A stretch of 64,000 bases of DNA from an uncultured delta proteobacterium (GTDB lineage: Bacteria > Desulfobacterota > Binatia > UBA9968). Position 1 is the stretch's first letter, and each line of letters opens with the position of its first letter. The DNA is taken from positions 1 to 64,000 of the forward strand of contig CAVTUQ010000014.1 of the NCBI GenBank assembly GCA_963737905.1. The letters run 5' to 3'. The notes below the pieces were generated by a model that saw only the letters and a program-made list of their open reading frames with translations, was not told the origin of the DNA and made no database searches. The position numbers were made by a program, and so were the translations under genes. This document shows positions 22,145 to 30,657 of the stretch, one piece after another.

Positions 22145-22582
22145 TTAGGGGCTCACGTACAAATACATCCTTTGTCTTCCCTCGCCAAGAGCGATACGCC
22201 GGAGCAACTTTTTTCGCGCTAATCGAAGCAAACTCATCCGCGACATCCGATTTGTTATGGTGATATCCTCTGATCCGAAGCTCTTCCAAGACTTCCTCCA
22301 GGCGGCGCGGTTCTCGAAAAAAGTTATCGGAGCGCAAATCCAGAATGCGCGTCTGAGTGCCGCTTTTCCTGACCGGGTCTCCCGAAAAGCGGAATATGCG
22401 GCAGATACCGTCCTGAATCGACCTTTTCATTGGTGTCCACTTCGTCCAAGATCCGTTGCATGATCACGCCGGCAATAACGCCGCGCAAATGGGGGTCTTT
22501 GACAGCCGCAGACCGCCGATTCGACTTCACGGGCAGCTTGCCTCGATACATCCAGCAGTTTCTCCATCAGCTCCTTCTTCAC
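22145..22582 (-). CDS. Small hypothetical protein with a C-terminal winged-helix-like domain; about 3 frameshifts
   Basis: GGAGG then GTG at 22582. Stitched frames read VKKELMEKLL...AAVKDPHLRGVIAGVIMQRIL...TQTRILDLRSDNFFREPRRLEEVLEELRIRGYHHNKSDVAMSLLRLARKKLLRRIALGEGRQRMYLYVSP*. Confidence 0.55.
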
Positions 22583-22764
22583 GTGACTGCCTCCATCAAG
22601 TTCCTTTCGCACCCGCGTGTTTTACACTTGTTTTCCAAAAAACACAGAATGTTTGGCTTCCGTTCCGTCCAAAACAGTCTGGCAAACATGAAGTTTCGCA
22701 CAGAACAATGATTCGAACAGCATCGTTCTGAACTAAACAAGGCCCAAACAGAAACTAGTATTAG

Positions 22765-22860
22765 TGTTTGCGGCTGTTTGTCAACAGATTGTTGATAGGG
22801 CTAACCTATTGGAGATACAAGGCTATTCACTCTTCGAGACTGAGCAAACAGCCGCAAACA
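22765..22860. mobile_element. 96-bp MITE-like element with perfect 16-bp terminal inverted repeats
   Basis: TGTTTGCGGCTGTTTG (22765-22780) and CAAACAGCCGCAAACA (22845-22860); no target-site duplication visible. Confidence 0.45.
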
Positions 22861-22900
22861 AAGTCCTGTGAGCGTAGCGGCCGCGGAGAAAAATGCGGCT

Positions 22901-23458
22901 TTATTTCTTCGTTTCCAGGAATCCCAGCCGTTCGGCCATCGGCGTCTCGGGAAAGACGTAGCCGCAGGCGCGGCAAGTGCGCAGTTTCTCGTTGTCGTTG
23001 AATTCCTGATAGACCTGGGAAACCTGGGCGGGGATATGATCCGGGTCCATAACTCGCGATAGCACTAGCTCATCGCACTTTTCGCAGAACCAGGCGAACT
23101 CTTCTTTTTCCCCGGGTAGTCGTTTGCGTTCGATGACCAGACCCCAGGTATTCTCAAACCGCCGCGGCGAATGAGCCAGCCCACCCGGACACACGAAGAT
23201 CTCCCCTTCCTTGATCTCGACTACCTGCCGCCGCTCCCCTTCCGGTTTGAGGTGCAGCTCCATATCCCCTTCAACCTGGTAAAAGAACTCGTCCCCCGGC
23301 TCGATGTGGAAATCGAGCCGCGTATTGGGCCCGCGCAATATCATCACAAGGAAATCTTTGTGATGAACGAGCAGCCGATTGGTTCTGAACGGCGGATTGA
23401 AATAATCTTTGTTCGCTTCAACCCAGCGTTTGAGATGAAAAGTTGATAGAAGATCCAT
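22901..23458 (-). CDS. nbaC: 3-hydroxyanthranilate 3,4-dioxygenase
   Basis: GPNTRLDFHIEPGDEFFYQ, HSPRR, GLVIERKR, rubredoxin-like CEKC...CRAC. Confidence 0.88.
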   Translation of the reverse strand: MDLLSTFHLKRWVEANKDYFNPPFRTNRLLVHHKDFLVMILRGPNTRLDFHIEPGDEFFYQVEGDMELHLKPEGERRQVVEIKEGEIFVCPGGLAHSPRRFENTWGLVIERKRLPGEKEEFAWFCEKCDELVLSRVMDPDHIPAQVSQVYQEFNDNEKLRTCRACGYVFPETPMAERLGFLETKK

Positions 23459-23470
23459 GCAATTCCTCGT

Positions 23471-23520
23471 TGGAGTGATGGAATACTGGAGTACTGGGTT
23501 TCGGAGACCCCCAACACTAC
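23471..23520. repeat. Partial 8-mer (TGGAGTAC-like) tandem palindromic repeat
   Basis: TGGAGTGA-TGGAATAC-TGGAGTAC-TGG matches the left arm of the element at 53344-53413. Confidence 0.7.
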
Positions 23521-23649
23521 ATCTTCGTTTTAGCGAGCATGGCCGTTTTCACTTCGCTATTTAGAACCTTAGAGAATTCCTTTGTCGATAAAGTCTTTCC
23601 CTGCAAAACAGCACCAGCGGACATGCATCACCTCGAGTCAAGAATTAAA

Positions 23650-24633
23650 TTATTTCTTATAAAGCTCTGCTACAAAACCGCTATCCTCGAGCTCCTTAAG
23701 AAAACGTGGCTCGATAAATCGCCGCGGATCAACCCCTTTCGCCTTGGGGTTGGTTTTCGCCAAGTCTTCGAGGATGGTTTCGACGCCCTTGACTGTCGGA
23801 TAAGGTACCCGCGCCATGTATTTGATCGCGTAGGTGTTATAGGCCTCTTCCAACGCACTGCGGTCTTTTAATTTCGTGAACTTTGCGATGGATTGCAGGC
23901 TCGCTTCCTTTTGCGTCTTGTAGAAGTGAATGCCTTCAACCAAAGCTTTAGAAAATCGGCGCACCAGATTTTCTTTTCTCTGAATTGTTTGTTTGGTGGT
24001 CGCTAACGAGGTCCCAAGGTAATCCAGCCCTAGATCTCCAAGAGAACCCAGCTCGAACAATCCCTCTTGCCGTGCTCTGACTGTGAAAGGCGGTTGAAGC
24101 AAGGTTCCGTCCACCAGACCCGATTGGACGGCGGCAAACCGCGACGGCTGGGTTCCGACCGAAAGCCAGGTGATATCTTTATCCGGTTCGAGACCCCACT
24201 TCTTGAATGCGACGCGGGCGCCGTAATCGTCCGTCGCTCCGGGCCGGGCAACGCCAAACTTCTTCCCTTTCAAATCAGCCGGTTTGCGCACGTTAGGGCG
24301 GGTGATGAAAGTGTGCTCCATCGTGTTGATATAAGTCATCAACACGATGGTATCGGCCCCTTCGAGATTGGAAGCGATGGCTGCAGGTCCGGCAAAGATC
24401 GTAAAATCGATCTCTCCTGACACCAAGGCGGCGATGTTCGGCGGCGCTCCGGAGACAAAGAGGATCTGCGGCTCAAGATCGTACTTCTTGAAGAAGCCGG
24501 CGTCCCGTGTGACAAATAGGATTGCCTGAGACCCGCTTACGGCGCTGTGAGAGATGTTCACTTTATCCGCCGCCGGCGCAGTACGGGATAGGCTCAGTGC
24601 CGCCAGAACCAAGACCCAAATAAGCTTTTTCAA
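23650..24633 (-). CDS. ABC substrate-binding protein, NMT1/THI5/SsuA-like
   Basis: TTG start after GGAGGG, signal peptide, DLKGKKFGVARPG, SGFVAELY. Confidence 0.88.
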   Translation of the reverse strand: MKKLIWVLVLAALSLSRTAPAADKVNISHSAVSGSQAILFVTRDAGFFKKYDLEPQILFVSGAPPNIAALVSGEIDFTIFAGPAAIASNLEGADTIVLMTYINTMEHTFITRPNVRKPADLKGKKFGVARPGATDDYGARVAFKKWGLEPDKDITWLSVGTQPSRFAAVQSGLVDGTLLQPPFTVRARQEGLFELGSLGDLGLDYLGTSLATTKQTIQRKENLVRRFSKALVEGIHFYKTQKEASLQSIAKFTKLKDRSALEEAYNTYAIKYMARVPYPTVKGVETILEDLAKTNPKAKGVDPRRFIEPRFLKELEDSGFVAELYKK

Positions 24634-24657
24634 CCGTCCCTCCGTTATTATCGAGCG

Positions 24658-25086
24658 TTATCTTGTGCGCGCGTCAAATTTAAACTTATTGGCATTGCAA
24701 GCAATCTCGACTCGATTGCCGTCCGGGTCGAGAAAGCTGATCGATCGGTTGCCGGCAACTTCCAAAATCTCCGGTCCGCTCACGATGGGAATTTTTCGAC
24801 GCTTGAGTACCGGATAAAGATCGTCGACCTCCTTGTTCGTTCCGACATAAATGCAGAAGTGGTGCAGTTTGGGTATCCCCTTCCCACCCACGTGCTTGGC
24901 GCCTCTAGGGAGCTCCATCAAAGCAACGTCATGGTGCTCTCGCCCGAAGCTCATAAATGTCATCTTCGTGCGCCGATTGCGGGCGGAGACCTTCATACCC
25001 ACGATCGAGTGATAGAAGTTCTCCGATTTCTTTAAGTTTGCCACGTTGAGAACAACGTGACCTAGAACCCCATCACGAACTCGCAT
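24658..25086 (-). CDS. VOC family (glyoxalase/extradiol dioxygenase-like) protein
   Basis: LGHVVLNV, HHDVAL, LHHFC, FLDPDGNRVEI. Confidence 0.85.
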   Translation of the reverse strand: MRVRDGVLGHVVLNVANLKKSENFYHSIVGMKVSARNRRTKMTFMSFGREHHDVALMELPRGAKHVGGKGIPKLHHFCIYVGTNKEVDDLYPVLKRRKIPIVSGPEILEVAGNRSISFLDPDGNRVEIACNANKFKFDARTR

Positions 25087-25095
25087 GGTAGAGCA

Positions 25096-25125
25096 TTAAT
25101 ACGCAGGCAATCGCAGCACTGTCAA
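25096..25125 (-). promoter_or_regulatory. Putative sigma70 promoter
   Basis: Minus strand TTGACA-N18-TATTAA immediately upstream of the VOC gene. Confidence 0.4.
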
Positions 25126-25178
25126 GAGCGATAAAGATTGGGGTTAGGAGGAGTCCAATCTGTAATACGTTGCGCTCA

Positions 25179-26330
25179 TCATGCCGGCACAAGTTCAGGG
25201 TCCATCGGATAGTTCGACAGGATTTCAACGCCGCTTTCGGTCACTCGCAAGAGATGCTCGAGTTTAACCGGGTTGTGATTGATCTCGAGGGCGATGATCA
25301 TGTTTTCTTCCAGTGTCACTCCATATTCTTCAGGATCACCGCCGCGCAACCAGGGCGCTTCATAGATGCATAATCCGACGCCATGAAATCCGTCGAGTCC
25401 GGGAAGCCGGGATGAACTGTGCTTGCCGAAGCGAGCAAAAAATTCCGTGCTTGGCCCCGGTTTGATTAAAGGCAACGCCGCTTGCAAGCTTTCGTAAGCT
25501 TCCCGGTAGCGGGCGCGGCTCGCCTGCGTCGGATCGCCGCGGCTGAAGGTGCGGGCAAAATCACTGTAGTAACCGCCCGGACCCGCTACGGTGGCATCGC
25601 AGATGACCAGATCGCCTTCAACCACGACGAGGTCCGCACCCATGGGTTCGTTATGAGGACGCCCTTCTCGAGAGGAATCGTAGATGGAAATGAACTCGCT
25701 GCCGGCCTCGAATCCCTGGTCCAGCAAATAGTCCAACATAATTCTGCTTAGTCGATCTTCAGGCACGTTGGAGTCATGGAGCGATTGCCGCACGAGGTCG
25801 TAGCCACGCTCTTTGGCACGCGTGGTCCAGCGGATCAGTTGCAGCTCGTCAACGGTCTTCACCGCCCGAGCCTGGTTCAATACGCGCCAACCGTCGACCA
25901 GATGGATGCCAGCATCTTTTAATCCCTCGGCTGCTTCCAAATTGAGATGATCCACGCCCACTCGCTCTGAAGCCACTCCCAGCTCCTGCAAACCAGCCAC
26001 CGCTTGCGCAACGAAATCTTTTGTTGCCACCGGCGGGCGCATAGCGAACATATAAGCTCCGAAGCGTGGTGACTCCCCCCGCTTTCTCGCCGTTTCTCTC
26101 TGACAAATTAACGGAGCACCGCTTGCGGGCACCAGGACAAAGCGCTGAATCGCCGTCGCACGAAGACCCAGCATAAAGACCGAATTGGTCGCATAACGAA
26201 TGTTCTGATGATCCGTGAGCATCAGCGCGCCCAAATTCTGTTGTTTCATGGCCTGCTGCAAGCGCGTCAACCGCTGGCTTGCCATTCGCTCCATATCAAC
26301 GCCAAAGGGCGTAAGATCCGTATGAAACAT
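25179..26330 (-). CDS. M24 (Xaa-Pro peptidase / DddP-like) metallohydrolase
   Basis: NIRYAT, RAVKTVDE; metal ligands ICD, YSDFART, FHGVG, ALE, KLEH. Confidence 0.82.
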   Translation of the reverse strand: MFHTDLTPFGVDMERMASQRLTRLQQAMKQQNLGALMLTDHQNIRYATNSVFMLGLRATAIQRFVLVPASGAPLICQRETARKRGESPRFGAYMFAMRPPVATKDFVAQAVAGLQELGVASERVGVDHLNLEAAEGLKDAGIHLVDGWRVLNQARAVKTVDELQLIRWTTRAKERGYDLVRQSLHDSNVPEDRLSRIMLDYLLDQGFEAGSEFISIYDSSREGRPHNEPMGADLVVVEGDLVICDATVAGPGGYYSDFARTFSRGDPTQASRARYREAYESLQAALPLIKPGPSTEFFARFGKHSSSRLPGLDGFHGVGLCIYEAPWLRGGDPEEYGVTLEENMIIALEINHNPVKLEHLLRVTESGVEILSNYPMDPELVPA

Positions 26331-26542
26331 CGATGCCTCCTCTGTAATATTGTTATTACTATCCCATCGGGCATTTGCCAACGCTCGCGGGACTCTTCAG
26401 GATCCATCGACCGAAGTAGTTTTATTGTTAAGCGCCAAAGAAACATTTAGAATTACCCGTGGTTACCCGATCGACGATGGTGCGCTTTCGATCGAATATC
26501 GCGGCGGGAGCGACCATAGACATAGCTGTGGCTTAATTAATC

Positions 26543-27148
26543 ATGATCAAACTCCATCCAGTCACACTTGAGGGCCATGGCGTTCGGCTGGAGCCTCTGG
26601 CGCACGAGCATCACGATGGTTTGGTCGCCGCCGCCTGCGACGGAAGACTCTGGGAACTCTGGTTCACCTCCGTACCCGAACCGGAGCAGATGCAGTTGTA
26701 CATTTCCCAGGCTCTTGCAGGGCAGCAGGAAGGTCACACGCTGCCGTGGACCGTGCGAGACCTCACGAGTGGTGCCATTATTGGGAGCACGCGCTACCAC
26801 GATATCGTAAAAGAAATAGATCGGGTCGAAATCGGCTACACGTGGTACGCAAAGCGCTGGCAACGGAGCCACGTCAACACTGGCTGCAAACTTTTGTTGT
26901 TAGGACACGCGTTCGATGGGCTCGGGTGCAAGGTGGTCGGCCTGCGGACGGACCACTTCAACTTCGCCTCGCAGCGGGCCATCGAAGCCCTGGGTGCCAA
27001 GAAGGACGGGGTGATCCGCCATCATCGAGCGCGCCAGGATGGGAGCGTCCGCGATACGGTGATATATAGCATTGTCGCTAGCGAGTGGCCCGACGTAAAG
27101 CGTCATCTCGAGATGCGTTTGGCTCGCCATCGGGAGTCGCCGGCCTGA
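26543..27148 (+). CDS. GNAT family N-acetyltransferase (RimJ/RimL-like)
   Basis: IGSTRY, EIGYTW, NFASQRAIEALGAKKDGVIR, RDTVIYSI. Confidence 0.9.
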   Translation: MIKLHPVTLEGHGVRLEPLAHEHHDGLVAAACDGRLWELWFTSVPEPEQMQLYISQALAGQQEGHTLPWTVRDLTSGAIIGSTRYHDIVKEIDRVEIGYTWYAKRWQRSHVNTGCKLLLLGHAFDGLGCKVVGLRTDHFNFASQRAIEALGAKKDGVIRHHRARQDGSVRDTVIYSIVASEWPDVKRHLEMRLARHRESPA

Positions 27149-27181
27149 GCCTGAAATCTGAACCAAAGGAGTCAACGAGAT

Positions 27182-27343
27182 ATGAAGAGCTCCCACAGGG
27201 GGATGAAGATCAGCGAAGACGATTGGTCGGTATTTTTAGGGCACCTCACTGCCACTCTGCAGGCTTTTCAACTTCCTCAGGCTGAACGTGACGAGGTGGT
27301 CGCAATTCTACAGGGCACGAAGCCAGATATCGTCGAAGCATAA
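27182..27343 (+). pseudogene. C-terminal half of a group 1 truncated hemoglobin (53 aa; not in ORF track)
   Basis: (RD)MKSSHRGMKISEDDWSVFLGHLTATLQAFQLPQAERDEVVAILQGTKPDIVEA*; matches the trHb F-helix proximal His (xSHxGMxIS) and G/H helices; the N-terminal half is absent. Confidence 0.65.
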
Positions 27344-28122
27344 TGCCCTGGACGTTTTCGCATCCCGCTGCGGTGCTACCGCTCCGGCGGCTCTGTCCGG
27401 TGCCGCTAGACTTTTCCGCGCTGGTGATTGGGAGCATGATTCCTGATCTGGGCTATTACCTCTTTTACTCGAAACTGGCGCGTTTGGCCCACAGCTTTTC
27501 CGGGAGTTTCTTGGTCTGCCTTCCCATAGGGTTAGCGCTCTGGGGATTATTCCGATTGTTGCGCAAGCCGCTTTGTTTCGTGCTTCCACAGCCCCACCGA
27601 GAGGCTCTGGCCACATTTGCCGCGACTCCGCTTTGCTTGCGTCCGCGCACTCTGATCACGGCTGGGATCTCAGTGCTGCTCGGTGCGTGGACCCACATCG
27701 TTTGGGACTCCTTCACCCATAGTGGCACTTGGGTGGTCAAGCAACTGCCGCTCCTCCGGGAGTCAGCATTTCGAGCAGGCGCCGTTGAATTTCCCTGGTT
27801 TGTTCTTCTTCAGCAACTGAGTACCGTAATAGGCGCCGCAATTCTAATCGCAGCCTATTGTTCGTGGCTGCGTCTCCATCGCGGTTCGGTTACCGATCCC
27901 TCCAGTGCAGGCGACCGTTGGCGTTACCTATTGCTAGTCGCCATTGCCGCAATCGCGTTGGTCATTGCTGTCCCCCCTGCAGTCCACACAGCAGGGTATT
28001 TCAAAGGGCTTCCAGCATTGCATGTCTTTGCATTCCGCATCGCAGTCTACACAACCATCGCCTTTTTTCCATTGCTCATAGTGTCATCGCTTGTCATGTA
28101 TGCCGCACGACGAGAGGGCTAA
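27343..28122 (+). CDS. DUF4184 family membrane protein
   Basis: MPWTFSHPAAVLP, GSMIPD, THIVWDSFTH, LQQLST. Confidence 0.85.
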   Translation: MPWTFSHPAAVLPLRRLCPVPLDFSALVIGSMIPDLGYYLFYSKLARLAHSFSGSFLVCLPIGLALWGLFRLLRKPLCFVLPQPHREALATFAATPLCLRPRTLITAGISVLLGAWTHIVWDSFTHSGTWVVKQLPLLRESAFRAGAVEFPWFVLLQQLSTVIGAAILIAAYCSWLRLHRGSVTDPSSAGDRWRYLLLVAIAAIALVIAVPPAVHTAGYFKGLPALHVFAFRIAVYTTIAFFPLLIVSSLVMYAARREG

Positions 28123-28303
28123 GCAGAGAGTTACGGGCTCGTTTAGGCGAGACTTCCTCATTGTATCCGGCTCAATGCCAAGCAAAAGGTTGACTTCAAT
28201 TCGCTAGGCCTCTGCTATTTTGCCGAAAGGATTGTGATAACCTGGTGACAAGGGCGCATCCGGCCCCCGCATAAATCGTCCATGAGAAAGAATGAGGTTA
28301 GCC

Positions 28304-29071
28304 ATGAAATTCGAGACAATGTTTTTCGACAAAAAAGACAGAATCGGCTATTTAACCTTAAACCGTCCGCAGCTGCTCAATGCCATGAATTACCAGGGCG
28401 CGCTCGACCTGAACCGGGCCGCCGAGATGATCCGTGATGAACCGGATGTCCGGCTCGTGCTGATCAAAGGCTCAGGCCGCGCGTTCTGCACGGGCATCGA
28501 CTTGAAGCAACTCGCGGCAGGAGAGACCCCGCACCACTATTACGAGAGTTGGGACAGGGCGCTCAGAATCCTTGAACAGTCCGAGAAGGTTCTCGTCTGC
28601 GCCATGCACGGCTATGCTCTGGGCGGGGGACTGCAGTTGGCCCTGGCCTGTGACATCCGCATCGCGACGGAGGACTGCCAGCTTGGGCTTCCGGCCATCA
28701 AGGAGGGCATCGTTCCCGGACTGGGCACATTGCGACTCCCTCGCTATATCGGACTCGGCCGGGCGAAGTGGATGACGCTCTCCGGTGAAAATATCTCTGG
28801 GCGTCGCGCCTATGAAATAGGTCTGACAGATCACGTCGTAAAGGGCGATACGTTTGATGATGAGGTAAATATACTGGTCGAGAAGTATTCACGGGTCTGC
28901 TCGGAGGGTACGCGACAGGCCAAAATGTTACTGAACATGTCCTTCGATATGCCGCATGGCCAATTTTTTGACGAATATCTCCGTCGCCAACGAATCGCTC
29001 TGGCTTCACCTGACCATCAGGAAGCCATGGCCGCTTATCGCGACAAACGGGAGCCTAATTTTTCGACTTGA
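28304..29071 (+). CDS. Enoyl-CoA hydratase/isomerase family protein
   Basis: LNRPQLLNAM, AFCTGIDL, GYALGGGLQLALACDIRIA. Confidence 0.9.
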   Translation: MKFETMFFDKKDRIGYLTLNRPQLLNAMNYQGALDLNRAAEMIRDEPDVRLVLIKGSGRAFCTGIDLKQLAAGETPHHYYESWDRALRILEQSEKVLVCAMHGYALGGGLQLALACDIRIATEDCQLGLPAIKEGIVPGLGTLRLPRYIGLGRAKWMTLSGENISGRRAYEIGLTDHVVKGDTFDDEVNILVEKYSRVCSEGTRQAKMLLNMSFDMPHGQFFDEYLRRQRIALASPDHQEAMAAYRDKREPNFST

Positions 29072-29104
29072 GTCAGCGCTTTTGGGGGAAGGGAGAACAA
29101 CGAA

Positions 29105-30478
29105 ATGAACGGACTAGAAGTGATTGATCTAAAGCCTGTGGGTTTTGTCGCAAGCTTACTGGGCCACCGGCCGAAAGAAAATGCATTTTTGGAGATTCAC
29201 AATGTAGTCGCTACCCTTCCTATTCCTCATATATCCGAAGAGGCGGTAACCGCTTGCTTGGACCGCTATGGGATAACCGAAGAAGAAGCAAAGCCAAGGC
29301 TGTTAAGCATTTATACACACGTATTAGAGTATTTCATCAACGATTTATCCATTTCAGATGATGAGGTCGAGCAATTGCGTCACCTCGCGGCACTCTTCAA
29401 GCTCGGACCCGACGAAATCACCCAGATCCATACTGAAATTGTCTATCCTCTTTATGAGAAAGCGGTTCGCCAAGCCTTAAAAGACCGCCAGCTAACCGAT
29501 GACGAAAACGAAACCCTTACCGATTTATGCACCAAACTGCGAATCCCGGATTCGGCCGCCGCCGAGATGTACAAAAAGTACGCCGTGCCGATTTACAATC
29601 AGGTCATGAGCGAGGTCCTGGCCGACGATATACTCACACCGGATGAAGAAAAAGAATTGGCAGAGGTGGCAAAAGCACTAAAATTGAATATACGATACGA
29701 CGAGAAGCTCCAGTCGATTCTGGACCGCGCCCGACGCTTGTGGCGGATTGCGCAAGGCGACCTGCCGGTCTTGACCGTCGCGGTGCCTTTAGAAGCCAAC
29801 GAGCGGTGCTCTGCTGATGTCGAGGCTCTCCACTACGAGCCTCGGAGAGTGGCAGTAGGGTTCGGCTATAGCGGCTTCTCCACATCCTATGGCACGCCCG
29901 GTATCCGGTTCCGTTCGGGCATAGTGAACACCCACAGCCTCAACAGTCAGAACCTGCAGCTGCGGGGGGCGGGGACTCTGTATTTTACCAACCGGCGTTT
30001 TCTGTTTAATGGCGATTCCCATTCGACCTCAATAGATCTCGGCGCCGTTGCAACTATTACGTTCTATTCTGATGGCATGCGCATCGGAAAGGAAGCCAGT
30101 ATCGATCAGATATTTACTTTCGCCGGCGATATCGACATGCTGCGGCTGATTGCGGACAGTTTGATGACAACTCACCGCCAGGAGTCACCGCCTAGATCCG
30201 ATGAGTCTACCGGAACCGGGCGGACGTCAGACAGGTCGGAACGCAAGAGAAACAGCTTCCGCACACCTCCCCGGCAAGAAAGTTCAAAATCGCCATATGA
30301 AATCCTGGGAATTACCGCAACCACTTCAAAAGAAGAAATCAGAATTGCCTACAGGAAGATGGCGAGCCTGTATCATCCCGACAAAGTCGCACATCTGGCA
30401 CCCGAATTCCGCGAAATGGCCGACATCAAAATGAAGGAAATCAACACCGCTTACGGAGCATTGAAAAGTAAAAAGTGA
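29105..30478 (+). CDS. Multidomain protein: TerB-like helical repeats + PH-like domain + C-terminal J-domain
   Basis: Three D-x-x-[IL]-[ST]-x-D-E repeats, GTLYFTNRRFLF, and SPYEILGI...YHPDK...EINTAY. Confidence 0.72.
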   Translation: MNGLEVIDLKPVGFVASLLGHRPKENAFLEIHNVVATLPIPHISEEAVTACLDRYGITEEEAKPRLLSIYTHVLEYFINDLSISDDEVEQLRHLAALFKLGPDEITQIHTEIVYPLYEKAVRQALKDRQLTDDENETLTDLCTKLRIPDSAAAEMYKKYAVPIYNQVMSEVLADDILTPDEEKELAEVAKALKLNIRYDEKLQSILDRARRLWRIAQGDLPVLTVAVPLEANERCSADVEALHYEPRRVAVGFGYSGFSTSYGTPGIRFRSGIVNTHSLNSQNLQLRGAGTLYFTNRRFLFNGDSHSTSIDLGAVATITFYSDGMRIGKEASIDQIFTFAGDIDMLRLIADSLMTTHRQESPPRSDESTGTGRTSDRSERKRNSFRTPPRQESSKSPYEILGITATTSKEEIRIAYRKMASLYHPDKVAHLAPEFREMADIKMKEINTAYGALKSKK

Positions 30479-30657
30479 CCCTCGTTCAACCACCGCAGCG
30501 CGTCGTTCTGCAGACCGGGCAAGCCCATTGAACCTGTTCGTCCCTGTGCCTTCGCTCCTCCAAGCTCATCCCCTTGATCGACACTCTGTCGCGGCTTTTC
30601 GGCGGAGCACAAGGACCCGTCTCGCCTTTCACCTGATGCTCGTCTTTGAAGCTCTTC

